Origin: Minisyncoccia bacterium
GTDB lineage: Bacteria; Patescibacteriota; Minisyncoccia; Phycocordibacterales; DATDWN01
Length of the DNA: 64,000 bases
Direction of reading: 5' to 3'
Assembly (NCBI GenBank): GCA_049296855.1
Contig: JBAQTF010000010.1
Coordinates: 108,610-172,609, forward strand
In this document: in pieces, positions 1-9,353 of the stretch
Numbering within the stretch: position 1 is the stretch's first letter
Layout: every line of letters begins with the position of its first letter
The notes under the pieces: generated by a model
Told to the model about the DNA's origin: nothing
The model's input: only the letters and a program-made list of their open reading frames with translations
Databases searched by the model: none
Program-made: the position numbers and the translations under genes

Positions 1-2
1 CG

Positions 3-314
3 GTGTTTTATAATTCTCCATTCAAAAGAGGTGTCTGTACAAAGGTAACTACAAAAACTCCAAAGAAACCTAACTCAGCTATTCGAAAATACGCTCGTGT
101 ACGCCTTACAAACGGCATGGAAGTTTCAGCCTATATTCCAGGAATGGGACATAACTTGCAGGAACACTCTGTAGTCTTACTCCGAGGTGGAAAAGTAAAA
201 GATGTTGGTCTACGATATACTATTGTTCGAGGTATGTTAGATGCAACTGGCGTAGAGAAGAGAATGAAAGGTAGATCACGGTACGGTGCAAAGCGTCCTA
301 AGGCTGCGAAGTAA
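3..314 (+). CDS. rpsL: 30S ribosomal protein S12, 5'-truncated at the window edge
   Basis: The translation [40 protein letters not shown]...[13 protein letters not shown] is a canonical S12 core. The ORF runs in from the window start. Confidence 0.9.
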   Translation: MFYNSPFKRGVCTKVTTKTPKKPNSAIRKYARVRLTNGMEVSAYIPGMGHNLQEHSVVLLRGGKVKDVGLRYTIVRGMLDATGVEKRMKGRSRYGAKRPKAAK

Positions 315-379
315 CCTGAGCAGCACTTATGCTCGAGGTAATCCCCGGGCGAAAGGCTAAAAAAATAATTTAAATAATC

Positions 380-850
380 ATGCGAAGAAAAGTAACTAAC
401 AGAAACATAGTAGGAAAGGATAACGTATACCAATCAGAAAAAGTTGGGAAATTTATAAACTACATAATGATACGTGGTCAGAAAGAAACGGCGCGAAAGA
501 TTGTTTACGATGCATTCAACGTAATAAAAGAAAAAACAAAAACAGAAAACCCGATGGAAGTTTTTGATACAGCCTTGAAAAACACAGGACCTATGACAGA
601 AGTTAGATCTCGACGTGTTGGTGGTGCGAACTATCAAATTCCAAGAGAGGTCAGACCAGAAAGACGAGTTTTTCTTTCAATGAAATGGATCATTGAATCA
701 GCACGTAGTGGAAAGGGTAGCAAGATGGCTTCTCGACTCGCAGACGAAATAATTTTGGCTTCAAAAAACGAAGGTAAGGCAGTGAAAAAACGCGAAGATA
801 CTCATAAGATGGCTGAAGCGAACAAGGCATTCGCCCATTTCGCCTGGTAA
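380..850 (+). CDS. rpsG: 30S ribosomal protein S7
   Basis: The S7 family sequence is recognisable and the position after rpsL matches the str operon order. Confidence 0.9.
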   Translation: MRRKVTNRNIVGKDNVYQSEKVGKFINYIMIRGQKETARKIVYDAFNVIKEKTKTENPMEVFDTALKNTGPMTEVRSRRVGGANYQIPREVRPERRVFLSMKWIIESARSGKGSKMASRLADEIILASKNEGKAVKKREDTHKMAEANKAFAHFAW

Positions 851-1039
851 TCGGCTTCCAAATTTGGCGAACTCCTTGTTTCGTATTGAAAAATTCTCGT
901 CACCGTACTGTTGTACGTCTCCTCTCATTTTCCAATTCTCAACATCGGATTTCATCCAGATTTGAAACCCTCCAAAACTTTATCTACTTGACAATACGTA
1001 CTTATGTATGTTACGCTTGTGGTTAGAAGGAGACTAACA

Positions 1040-1213
1040 ATGTTTGTTCCATTCTTTTTAGTAGGATTGATACTCGCCGGACATTCTCGGGAAAACATTG
1101 AGAACGGATGGTTTTTCAAAGACTACCGTAATCTCTCTGTCGGATTGATTCAAGGAGTATTCTGTCTTACACTTTTCATTCTACCATTTTTTCTGATTGG
1201 TACGAAAATGTGA
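1040..1213 (+). CDS. hypothetical small two-helix membrane protein
   Basis: There is an AAGGAG motif 7 nt upstream of the internal ATG at 1040. The protein has two hydrophobic helices. A 9-bp hairpin with a T-rich tail follows at 1225-1262. Confidence 0.35.
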   Translation: MFVPFFLVGLILAGHSRENIENGWFFKDYRNLSVGLIQGVFCLTLFILPFFLIGTKM

Positions 1214-1283
1214 GACACGGCCAAAGATAGCCCAGTAACGTGCTGGGCTATTCGTTTGTAAAAAATTATCATAAAATACTCCT

Positions 1284-1481
1284 ATGGAAACATTTTTTGA
1301 CTTACTAAAAGATCCAGCTCATTGGGAGTTTGAACTATTTTTGATAATTATTTTTGACGTTATAATCGGACTTATCATTTGGCCGTACATACAAAAAGCT
1401 TTGGTACATCATAAATCTGATCATGAGAGACTTGAGGATTTAGAGAGGGAAGTTGAGAAGTTAAAAAATAATAGACAATAG
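1284..1481 (+). CDS. hypothetical small protein (one TM helix plus a charged coiled-coil tail)
   Basis: Only an ORF. It lies between rpsG and fusA and has no recognisable SD. Confidence 0.25.
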   Translation: METFFDLLKDPAHWEFELFLIIIFDVIIGLIIWPYIQKALVHHKSDHERLEDLEREVEKLKNNRQ

Positions 1482-1574
1482 TTACTCTTATTGCTCAAAA
1501 GAGCTTTTTAGTATATAGTTTTCCATGAATTGCCCTAGGGCTTTTTTGTTTAAATTAACTTCAAATTATTATTT

Positions 1575-3716
1575 ATGAACAGAGACTATTCATTGGACAA
1601 GGTGCGTAATTTTGGAATAATCGCACACATTGATGCAGGAAAAACAACGACCTCAGAGCGTGTGCTTTTCTATACTGGAATGACTCACAAAATAGGTGAG
1701 GTGCACGAGGGTGAAACAGTAACGGACTGGATGGAGCAGGAGAGAGAGCGTGGTATCACTATTACGGCGGCGGCTATTACATGTTTCTGGAATCCGACTT
1801 ACATGACCAAAGGCGCAAAACCTGAATATCGTTTTAATATTATTGACACCCCTGGACATATTGACTTTACTGCTGAAGTGAAGAGAAGTTTGAGAGTTTT
1901 GGACGGCGCGGTTGTTGTATTTGACGGTGTAGCTGGGGTAGAACCACAATCAGAAACAAACTGGAGATATGCCGACGACGCTCAGACCCCTAGAATTTGT
2001 TTTATAAATAAACTGGACCGAACTGGTGCATCTTTTGAACGTTCATACGCATCTATTTTGGAACGTCTTACAAAAAACGCTGTCCGAGTTCAAATCCCAA
2101 TTGGTCTTGAAGATAAATTCGAAGGAGTTATAGACCTTTTGAAAATGAAGGCCTACTATTTTGAAGGAAACATGGGAATGACTATTCGCGAAGAGGAAGT
2201 GCCTAGCGAGTACCTTGAGGAAGCAAAGAAATATCGTGCAGAGCTAATTGAGAAGATTGTTGAACAAGACGATATTCTCATGGCTGAATATCTCGAAGGA
2301 AAAGAACCGTCATATGATGTTTTGAAAAAAACTTTACGAAAAGCATCTCTTGAAGTAAAAATTATTCCAGTTTTTGCAGGTAGTGCTTTGAAAAACAAAG
2401 GTGTTCAGCTCATACTCGACGGTGTAGTTGATTATCTTCCATCTCCAGTTGATATGCCTCCTGTTAGAGGATTGGATCCTGAAACTGGTGAGGAGATATT
2501 TAGAACTGCATCTGACACAGAACCATTTGCTGCATTGGCTTTCAAACTACAGAACGATCCGTTTGTCGGACAGCTAACATTCTTCCGTGTATATTCTGGA
2601 ACAATCGAATCTGGAACATACATTTATAACTCAACAACTGGCGAGAAAGAACGTCTTGGACGTATCGTCCGACTTCAAGCAGACAAACGTGAAGAAGTGA
2701 AAAAAGTTTTCGCTGGAGAGATCGCAGCAGCGGTGGGACTTAAATCTGCAAAGACTTCTCACACACTTTGTGATGAAGACAAACCAATTATTCTCGACCC
2801 AATTAAATTCGTCGATCCTGTAGTATCTCTACGCATAGAGCCAAAGACAAAAGCTGACCAAGAGAAAATGGGTATGGCCATGAAAAAACTTTCTGATGAA
2901 GATCCAACTTTCGTTATTTCTTCAAATACTGACACTGGTGAGAGTATTATTTCTGGAATGGGTGAATTACACCTAGAAATAATGGTTGACCGTATGAAAC
3001 GTGAATTCGGAGTTGAAGTAAATGTTGGTAAACCGCAAGTAGCATACCGCGAAACTATTCTTGGCTCTGCCGAAGCTGAACATAAATACATCAAGCAAAC
3101 TGGAGGTAAAGGTCAATATGGTCACGTTAAACTTACTATCAAACCTCTTCCAAAAATTGAAGAAGGAAAGAAAATCCCAAAGAATGTTCACCGATACGAA
3201 GACTTTGAATTCATCGACTCAATCAAAGGAGGTGTTATTCCACAAGAGTTTATTCCTGCTGTTGAGAAGGGTGTTCATGAAGCCATGGACAGAGGAATCG
3301 TGGCTGGATACAAAATGGTAAATATTTCTTGTGAACTTACATTTGGTTCTTACCACGATGTGGACTCATCTGAAATTGCTTACAAAATTGCCGCTTCACA
3401 AGCTTTCCAAGACGCAGCAAAACGCGCACGACCTGTGATACTAGAACCAATCATGAAAGTCGAAGCTATAATGCCAGAACAGTTCATGGGAGACATCACA
3501 GGCTCACTTTCTGGAAAACGCGGACAAATAGAAGGAATGGCTGAGAGAGGAATGCTTCGAGTAATTCACGCCAAAGTGCCCCTTTCGGAAATGTTTGGAT
3601 ATACAACTGACATACGTTCAATGACACAAGGAAGAGGTTCGGTTCAGATGGAATTTGATCACTACGAAGTGGTACCAGCGAATGTCGAGAAAGTGATTGT
3701 TGAGAGTCGAAAATAA
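1575..3716 (+). CDS. fusA: elongation factor G
   Basis: It has a GTPase G1 motif ([10 protein letters not shown]) and the domains of EF-G. The full length is 713 aa. Confidence 0.95.
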   Translation: MNRDYSLDKVRNFGIIAHIDAGKTTTSERVLFYTGMTHKIGEVHEGETVTDWMEQERERGITITAAAITCFWNPTYMTKGAKPEYRFNIIDTPGHIDFTAEVKRSLRVLDGAVVVFDGVAGVEPQSETNWRYADDAQTPRICFINKLDRTGASFERSYASILERLTKNAVRVQIPIGLEDKFEGVIDLLKMKAYYFEGNMGMTIREEEVPSEYLEEAKKYRAELIEKIVEQDDILMAEYLEGKEPSYDVLKKTLRKASLEVKIIPVFAGSALKNKGVQLILDGVVDYLPSPVDMPPVRGLDPETGEEIFRTASDTEPFAALAFKLQNDPFVGQLTFFRVYSGTIESGTYIYNSTTGEKERLGRIVRLQADKREEVKKVFAGEIAAAVGLKSAKTSHTLCDEDKPIILDPIKFVDPVVSLRIEPKTKADQEKMGMAMKKLSDEDPTFVISSNTDTGESIISGMGELHLEIMVDRMKREFGVEVNVGKPQVAYRETILGSAEAEHKYIKQTGGKGQYGHVKLTIKPLPKIEEGKKIPKNVHRYEDFEFIDSIKGGVIPQEFIPAVEKGVHEAMDRGIVAGYKMVNISCELTFGSYHDVDSSEIAYKIAASQAFQDAAKRARPVILEPIMKVEAIMPEQFMGDITGSLSGKRGQIEGMAERGMLRVIHAKVPLSEMFGYTTDIRSMTQGRGSVQMEFDHYEVVPANVEKVIVESRK

Positions 3717-3732
3717 CAACTTAGTTTGCAAT

Positions 3733-3763
3733 AAGGTGTTGCTACATAGCAACGCCTTTTTAG
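3733..3763 (+). terminator. rho-independent terminator after fusA
   Basis: The hairpin ggtgttgcta-cat-agcaacgcc is followed by ttttt. Confidence 0.5.
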
Positions 3764-3806
3764 TTTAACTTTGACTTGGAAAGTGGAAGTACTCCTGTGA
3801 TAGAAT

Positions 3807-4952
3807 ATGTATATGTTAGATTCTATGTATAGATCGGGCAGAGAAGAGGGTCAACCATTTGATGTGTTGGATTCACAGAGAGATCCAAATCATCGAGGAG
3901 GTGGGGCAACAAGAATTAAAATAAGGTTTGAAAAACTTAGAAAACCAACAGAGCTGGAGCCATTGTATGAAGAAAAGATTAAAGATAAAAAACCTGTAGA
4001 AACTATTATCACTGCTCTTAAAAAAGCTAGGGAGGAAGAACCCGAAAGATTCAAAGCACCAAGAGTATTAGTTTCTCATATAAATAAACTAGTTTTAGGT
4101 GGACGTAAATTAAAGGCTTTAGCTTTTGATATAGAAGAAGCAACATCAACTGATGAAATAAGAAAAATTTTAAATTCAAAATTCGAAAAAGATTTAATAA
4201 CAAAAAACGAAAGAGATGAAATGCTCACTTTGTTAGATGACTCAAGAACAGGAGATCAAAAAGAAGAAACCGTAACTCCTGAAAAACTGCAAGAAGAAGT
4301 GACAACTGTACAACCAGAAATCATAGAAAATATTCCAGAAGAAGGGCATCCTCTGCAAATTAAACGGAAAAAGATTGACATGCTGAAAAATAGTTACGGA
4401 ATTGTCATTGAACATGTCGGGGGAACACACTCGCAGTTAGAACAACGTATTATTGACAAGTCAAATGCACTATGGAAGGGTAATGACAGAGACGTTACGG
4501 TAGCTTCATTTTTAATGTCTGGTGAGGTTCAAAATTTCGAAAAACAGCCAGAAATAAAGCCAGTTTTTGAACAATCAGTTGATATACCAGTGGTAAATAC
4601 AACTGAACAAGAAGTGAAGGATGGTCCTGAAATAAAACAAGAAACATCTGAGTTATCAACAGGGGCAATAGAAGTAAAAAAAGAAGATAAAACAGAAAAA
4701 GCATCAACCAGAGAAGAAGAAACTTCTCCTGTAGAATTTGAAGGAAAAAATGTTCAAATTGTTCGCAGAGGAAAGAATTCTATTAAAGTCCTATTCGATG
4801 GAAAAGAAATCGCTATCGGATTAATAACTTCAAAAGGCCCGAGTATCAAAATTAAGAATGAGTTCAAAGCTGGATGGTTATTTGCTCCAACAGATGCAGA
4901 AAGAGCATTTCAAAAAGCCCTAAAATTAATAAAAACTTTCAAAATAAACTAA
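3807..4952 (+). CDS. hypothetical highly charged (K/E-rich) soluble protein
   Basis: A 381-aa ORF with no TM helix and no recognisable motif. It sits between fusA and tuf. Confidence 0.5.
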   Translation: MYMLDSMYRSGREEGQPFDVLDSQRDPNHRGGGATRIKIRFEKLRKPTELEPLYEEKIKDKKPVETIITALKKAREEEPERFKAPRVLVSHINKLVLGGRKLKALAFDIEEATSTDEIRKILNSKFEKDLITKNERDEMLTLLDDSRTGDQKEETVTPEKLQEEVTTVQPEIIENIPEEGHPLQIKRKKIDMLKNSYGIVIEHVGGTHSQLEQRIIDKSNALWKGNDRDVTVASFLMSGEVQNFEKQPEIKPVFEQSVDIPVVNTTEQEVKDGPEIKQETSELSTGAIEVKKEDKTEKASTREEETSPVEFEGKNVQIVRRGKNSIKVLFDGKEIAIGLITSKGPSIKIKNEFKAGWLFAPTDAERAFQKALKLIKTFKIN

Positions 4953-4955
4953 CTC

Positions 4956-5252
4956 ATGGATATTTTATCAAAAGATTTAATCAAAGAATGGAATATGACC
5001 TCTCTTTCGCCAATAGAACAAAGAGTGGAAGTTTTGCGTATTGGAGAAATTTTATACCAAGCATTACTGGTAAAATCTTTGGACATACTTTCAGAAAAAG
5101 ATGAGAGTGAGCTAGATACATTACTTGATATTGACACTACTACCACAGAAGACGTTATCCTTTTTCTCAAGTCAAAAATACCCACATTTGATCGATTAAT
5201 CAAAGATTTACACAAAGAATTAAAAAACGAACTGCTTATTCACTCTTCCTAG
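4956..5252 (+). CDS. hypothetical acidic helical protein
   Basis: A 98-aa ORF that starts 4 nt after the previous gene and runs in the same direction. Confidence 0.4.
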   Translation: MDILSKDLIKEWNMTSLSPIEQRVEVLRIGEILYQALLVKSLDILSEKDESELDTLLDIDTTTTEDVILFLKSKIPTFDRLIKDLHKELKNELLIHSS

Positions 5253-5263
5253 TAACAATTGCT

Positions 5264-5292
5264 TGACTATTCCTAACCTTTTGTCTACTATG
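5264..5292 (+). promoter_or_regulatory. sigma70-like promoter upstream of tuf (TTGACT-N17-TACTAT)
   Basis: The -35 TTGACT is at 5264-5269, the spacer is 17 nt, and the -10 TACTAT is at 5287-5292. Confidence 0.45.
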
Positions 5293-5432
5293 ATAGACAA
5301 CGCGAAAGCGGTTTTTATTCAGTTTTAATTTCAGTTTTAATTTCTTGGGAAGTTTCAGAGGCTTAGGTTTCTCGAACATTAAGCTTTCGAAATTTCCAAA
5401 GAAAAATTATTAATTAACATAACAACAAACAT

Positions 5433-6638
5433 ATGGCAGATTCAGCAGTATTTGATCGAAGTAAACCGCACATAAACGTGGGAACAATCGGTCACGTTGA
5501 CCATGGAAAGACTACAATAACAGCAGCTATTTTAACTGTGCTTAGCAGGGCAGGAAACGGTTTTTCAGCTACAGTAAAAGGCGTTGATCAAATTGACTCC
5601 GCTCCTGAGGAAAAAGCACGTGGAATTACTATCGCACTTTCTCACAGTGAATATGCAACTCCTACTCGTCACTATGCTCACGTAGATGCGCCTGGTCACG
5701 CTGACTATATTAAAAACATGATTACTGGTGCCGCTCAAATGGACGGTGCTGTACTCGTAGTAGCAGCAACTGATGGTGTGATGCCTCAAACAAGAGAACA
5801 CGTTCTACTTGCAAAACAAGTTGGAGTTCCAAAAATAATTGTATTTCTAAACAAATGCGACATGGTACCTGACAAAGAACTTATTGATTTGGTTGAGGAG
5901 GAAGTTCGAGAACTCCTTACAAAACAAGGCTTTGATGGTGCAAACGTTCCTATTATTCGAGGTTCAGGATTGAAGGCTCTTGAGTCAAAAGATAACTCTG
6001 ATGAATGGGCAAAGAAAATTCTTGAACTTGCAAACGCGCTTGATACATATTTCCCAATTCCAGAGCGAGATTTAGAGAAACCATTTCTTATGCCAGTTGA
6101 AGATATATTCTCAATCGAAGGACGAGGTACTGTAGTAACAGGACGTATTGAAAGAGGAGTCGTAAAAGTCGGTGAAGAAATTGAATGTATTGGTTTGAAA
6201 GATACACAAAAATACACAGTTACTGGTATTGAAATGTTCAACAAATCACTTGACCAAGGTCAAGCTGGAGACAACGCCGGAATATTGCTTCGAGGTGCAA
6301 AGAAAGAAGAAATTCACCGAGGACAAGTTCTTGCAAAACCAAAAACTGTAACTCCTCACACAGAGTTCACAGCTGAAGTCTACATTCTAAAAAAAGAGGA
6401 AGGTGGACGACACACGCCATTCTTCTCTGGTTACAAGCCACAATTCTACATCCGAACCACAGACGTTACAGGAGATGTGACTCTAAACGACGGAGTAGAA
6501 ATGGTTATGCCAGGAGACACAGTTACTTTCAAAGTAAAACTTGTTGCTCCAGTTGCGCTTGAAGATAAGACTAGATTTGCTATCCGAGAGGGGGGAAAGA
6601 CAGTCGGCGCCGGCGTCGTCACCAAAATAATCGCTTAG
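5433..6638 (+). CDS. tuf: elongation factor Tu
   Basis: It has the GHVDHGKTT motif and the full EF-Tu architecture. Confidence 0.95.
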   Translation: MADSAVFDRSKPHINVGTIGHVDHGKTTITAAILTVLSRAGNGFSATVKGVDQIDSAPEEKARGITIALSHSEYATPTRHYAHVDAPGHADYIKNMITGAAQMDGAVLVVAATDGVMPQTREHVLLAKQVGVPKIIVFLNKCDMVPDKELIDLVEEEVRELLTKQGFDGANVPIIRGSGLKALESKDNSDEWAKKILELANALDTYFPIPERDLEKPFLMPVEDIFSIEGRGTVVTGRIERGVVKVGEEIECIGLKDTQKYTVTGIEMFNKSLDQGQAGDNAGILLRGAKKEEIHRGQVLAKPKTVTPHTEFTAEVYILKKEEGGRHTPFFSGYKPQFYIRTTDVTGDVTLNDGVEMVMPGDTVTFKVKLVAPVALEDKTRFAIREGGKTVGAGVVTKIIA

Positions 6639-6791
6639 AGAACTTCCAAATCTGGCGAATTTCTGTGTTCTCGGTTTTACTTACTCCACGCGCAGTACTC
6701 TAGTACAGCTTGGTCGCAAGCAAAACCTACGAACTTCGAAATTCATCTAGATTGTTAGAGTTTTTGTTACTATCACTTGCGGAGGAGATAC

Positions 6792-6983
6792 ATGTCTCAA
6801 GATCCAGTTTCGACACAGTCAGAAACAGCGAAGAAAAAGAAAGATCCGATCGATGTTCTGCGAGAACATATGGTTGGTGTCCAAGCATACGGGTATTCTT
6901 GGATGCATCCATCTGATATTGTGAGGGCAATCGATCAAGCAAAAAATGGAACACTGGGCCCATTCAAGCCAAATTTTTCGTAG
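6792..6983 (+). CDS. hypothetical small protein (64 aa)
   Basis: GGAGG lies 6 nt upstream of the ATG. A long hairpin terminator follows immediately at 6984-7035. Confidence 0.4.
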   Translation: MSQDPVSTQSETAKKKKDPIDVLREHMVGVQAYGYSWMHPSDIVRAIDQAKNGTLGPFKPNFS

Positions 6984-7035
6984 TCGCCTCGGGGGGAAAC
7001 CAAATCGGTTTCTCTCCGAGGCGGTTTTCTTTAAC
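6984..7035 (+). terminator. rho-independent terminator
   Basis: The outer stem cgcctcgg...ccgaggcg encloses a nested stem ggaaacc/ggtttc, and the tail is gttttctttaac. Confidence 0.6.
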
Positions 7036-7073
7036 TAAATACTTGACCCCCGAACTAAAATTTAGTTCGGGGG

Positions 7074-7102
7074 TTGAATAAAAAAACATTATCTGCTAGT
7101 AT
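7074..7102 (+). promoter_or_regulatory. promoter TTGAAT-N17-TAGTAT upstream of rpsJ
   Basis: The -35 is at 7074-7079 and the -10 TAGTAT is at 7097-7102, preceded by tctgc. The same tctgcTAGTAT motif recurs at 7881-7892 and 14619-14629. Confidence 0.55.
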
Positions 7103-7120
7103 CTGTAAATCTCAATTGAC

Positions 7121-7525
7121 ATGGCTACAAAAGAAGTAAAAACAAAAAAGACAGCTCCGAAAGCTACAGCTAAAAAAACGGTAACAAAAGCTGTAAAAGC
7201 TCCTGCAAAGGCAGATGTTATTTCAAAACTGCGAATACGTGTTCGTGCTTATGAATACAAAATCCTTGATTTGTCAGTGAAACAGATTATCGATACAGCT
7301 CTTCGCTATGATGCAAAAGTAGAAGGACCAATACCTCTTCCTACAGAAATAAAGAAATACACAGTAAATCGTTCAGCTTTCGTTTACAAAAATGCACGTG
7401 AACAATTTGAAATGCGAGTACACAAACGAGTTATAGATATTTTAAATCCAACTCCAAAAATAATGGAAGCTCTGACAAATCTCAGTTTGCCTAGCGGTGT
7501 GAATATAGACGTTAAGATTATATAA
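7121..7525 (+). CDS. rpsJ: 30S ribosomal protein S10 with a Lys/Ala-rich N-terminal extension of about 30 aa
   Basis: The S10 core is RIRVRAYEYKILD...LPTEIKKYTVNRSAFV. The N-terminal tail is KTKKTAPKATAKK. Confidence 0.9.
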   Translation: MATKEVKTKKTAPKATAKKTVTKAVKAPAKADVISKLRIRVRAYEYKILDLSVKQIIDTALRYDAKVEGPIPLPTEIKKYTVNRSAFVYKNAREQFEMRVHKRVIDILNPTPKIMEALTNLSLPSGVNIDVKII

Positions 7526-7552
7526 AAACAACTTCGAAAGAAGTTGTTTTTA
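7524..7552 (+). terminator. rho-independent terminator after rpsJ
   Basis: The hairpin aaaaacaacttc-gaaa-gaagttgttttt has a GNRA-like loop. Confidence 0.55.
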
Positions 7553-7834
7553 TTAGATTATGTTGTTATTCTAAAGCTTTGGGGGTGTTCTGTGAGAACT
7601 GAAGTCATTTGTAGCAAGAATCCAAATCTTAAGATCGGCAAAATCTACCGGGGTCTAGACAGTGGACCGTGGAAGTATGGACCGTTACCCAATCAATGTT
7701 TTATGGTGATAAGTAAAAGTACCGCCGAAGCATGGATTGAATGCAATGTAGCTTGGGGTGGACCTCGCGACCATTTTGAAATGCTTGTCGATATCAATGG
7801 TCCATGGTTCTACTACGAGATTCAAACGGACTGA
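7544..7834 (+). CDS. hypothetical small Cys/Trp-rich protein (about 80-96 aa; likely GTG start at 7591)
   Basis: The ORF lies between S10 and L3. GGGGGT sits 5 nt upstream of the GTG at 7591, and the local GC is higher than the surroundings. Confidence 0.3.
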   Translation: MFLLDYVVILKLWGCSVRTEVICSKNPNLKIGKIYRGLDSGPWKYGPLPNQCFMVISKSTAEAWIECNVAWGGPRDHFEMLVDINGPWFYYEIQTD

Positions 7835-7863
7835 TTTGCTTAGGCAAGTCAGTCCTTCGTCTA

Positions 7864-7892
7864 TTGATTTAAAAAAGGATATCTGCTAGTAT
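7864..7892 (+). promoter_or_regulatory. promoter TTGATT-N17-TAGTAT upstream of rplC
   Basis: The -35 is at 7864-7869 and tctgcTAGTAT spans 7882-7892. Confidence 0.5.
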
Positions 7893-8002
7893 AGCCAAAT
7901 CGCCGAAGAGGCTTTTTTAATGAGTGACTAGTGAAGGGCAATGTTCGGAAAATCTTTCCGATTACTGTCCGCAAATCGTCACTCCAAAATAGTATTAAGC
8001 AT

Positions 8003-8614
8003 ATGAAGTTTATATTGGGAACAAAAGTAAATATGACTCAAATCTTTGACGACAAAGGTTTGGTACACCCAGTAACTGTTCTGAAAGCAGGACCTGTGGT
8101 TGTTACTGCCGTAAAAACAATCACGACTGATGGTTACAACGCTGTTCAAGTCGGTTTTGGAAAACGAGCAGAGAAAAATATCACAAAAGCTGTAAAAGGA
8201 CAAATGAAAGGTGGCAATTATATGTATCTACGCGAGTTCAAAACAGAAACTGAGCCAACTTTCAAAATTGGTGACAGTATCGATCTCTCCACTTTCACAG
8301 CAGGGGATTTGGTCACTGTTTCAAGTATTTCAAAAGGGAAAGGTTTTCAGGGTGTGGTAAAGCGACATGGTTTCGGCGGTGCTCCACGCTCACATGGACA
8401 AAAACACTCAGAACGTGAGCCAGGTTCTATCGGAGGAGGAGGGCGCGACGGCGGTCGTGTTGCAAAAGGCAAGAGAATGGCTGGAAGAATGGGCGGTGAT
8501 AGAATCACAAGTAAAGGTCTGACCGTTGTATCCGTTAAAACAGAAACCGGCGAGATTTTTATACAAGGAGCTATTCCTGGACGACGTGGGACCCTTGTCG
8601 AAATAAACGGATAA
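8003..8614 (+). CDS. rplC: 50S ribosomal protein L3
   Basis: The N-terminus MKFILGTKVNMTQIF is canonical for L3. The track ORF starts 24 codons upstream, so I chose the internal start at 8003. Confidence 0.9.
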   Translation: MKFILGTKVNMTQIFDDKGLVHPVTVLKAGPVVVTAVKTITTDGYNAVQVGFGKRAEKNITKAVKGQMKGGNYMYLREFKTETEPTFKIGDSIDLSTFTAGDLVTVSSISKGKGFQGVVKRHGFGGAPRSHGQKHSEREPGSIGGGGRDGGRVAKGKRMAGRMGGDRITSKGLTVVSVKTETGEIFIQGAIPGRRGTLVEING

Positions 8615-8629
8615 TTTTAAATTTATAAA

Positions 8630-9349
8630 ATGGAAAAGAAAGTAGTAAAAAAGAATACAAAAACTGACCATCTTATTCCGAACGCTTTAGAAGCAACAGT
8701 TTATAACCAAGAAGGAAAAGAGTCTGGAAAAATAAAAATTCCAGAAAATGTTTTTGGTCTAAGATGGAATGCTGACTTAGTTCACCAGGTAGTTGTTTCT
8801 ATGGAATCAGGTGCTAGAACAAACGTGGCTCATACAAAAAACCGTGGAGAAGTATCTGGAGGTGGAAAAAAACCATGGCAACAAAAGGGAACCGGTCGCG
8901 CACGACACGGCTCAACTCGTTCACCAATATGGCGACACGGAGGAGTTACTCATGGTCCTAGAAATGACAAAAGCTACGAGAAAAAAATAAATAAGAAGAT
9001 GAAAGCAAAGGCTTTATATACTATTCTTTCAGCAAAATACAAAAAAGGTGAAGTTATGTTTGTTGATGACATATCACTTCGAGTTATCAAGACAAAAAAT
9101 GCACTAGGAGTTCTCTCAAATCTTTCAAAAGTAAAAGGTTTTAACGACTTACTATCAAAACGAAAAAATTCTGCTTATATAAATCTTGCTTCAAAAGACA
9201 TCACTACCGAGAAGAGTTTCCGAAATTTTGGAAACTTAGAGGTTGATGAGATTCGAAACATGAACCCCTTAGACCTTATGAAATATAAATACGTTATTAT
9301 TTCAGACGGAGTTAAAGGTCTGCCACAAATCTCTGAAAAATTAAACTAA
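8630..9349 (+). CDS. rplD: 50S ribosomal protein L4
   Basis: It carries the GGGKKPWQQKGTGRARHGS motif. Confidence 0.9.
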   Translation: MEKKVVKKNTKTDHLIPNALEATVYNQEGKESGKIKIPENVFGLRWNADLVHQVVVSMESGARTNVAHTKNRGEVSGGGKKPWQQKGTGRARHGSTRSPIWRHGGVTHGPRNDKSYEKKINKKMKAKALYTILSAKYKKGEVMFVDDISLRVIKTKNALGVLSNLSKVKGFNDLLSKRKNSAYINLASKDITTEKSFRNFGNLEVDEIRNMNPLDLMKYKYVIISDGVKGLPQISEKLN

Positions 9350-9353
9350 ATGT

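Noticed and set aside
1653-3321. Several ORFs of 60-110 aa antisense to or overlapping fusA (1653..1949, 2156..2398, 2432..2623, 2759..3094, 2973..3191, 3061..3321)
   Set aside because: They lie inside a high-confidence conserved gene. Their translations are low-complexity, and they have no independent start or SD signal.
6710-6963. Alternative ORFs 6710..6916 (+) and 6727..6963 (-) in the tuf-rpsJ gap
   Set aside because: Neither has a ribosome-binding site. The 6792..6983 frame has GGAGG and a terminator, so I preferred it.
7931-8002. Upstream extensions in the track for rplC (7931), rplN (13123), rplF (15399), rpsN (14620) and ftsH (26001)
   Set aside because: The internal ATGs give canonical N-termini for these families. 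The extensions overlap upstream genes or leaders.
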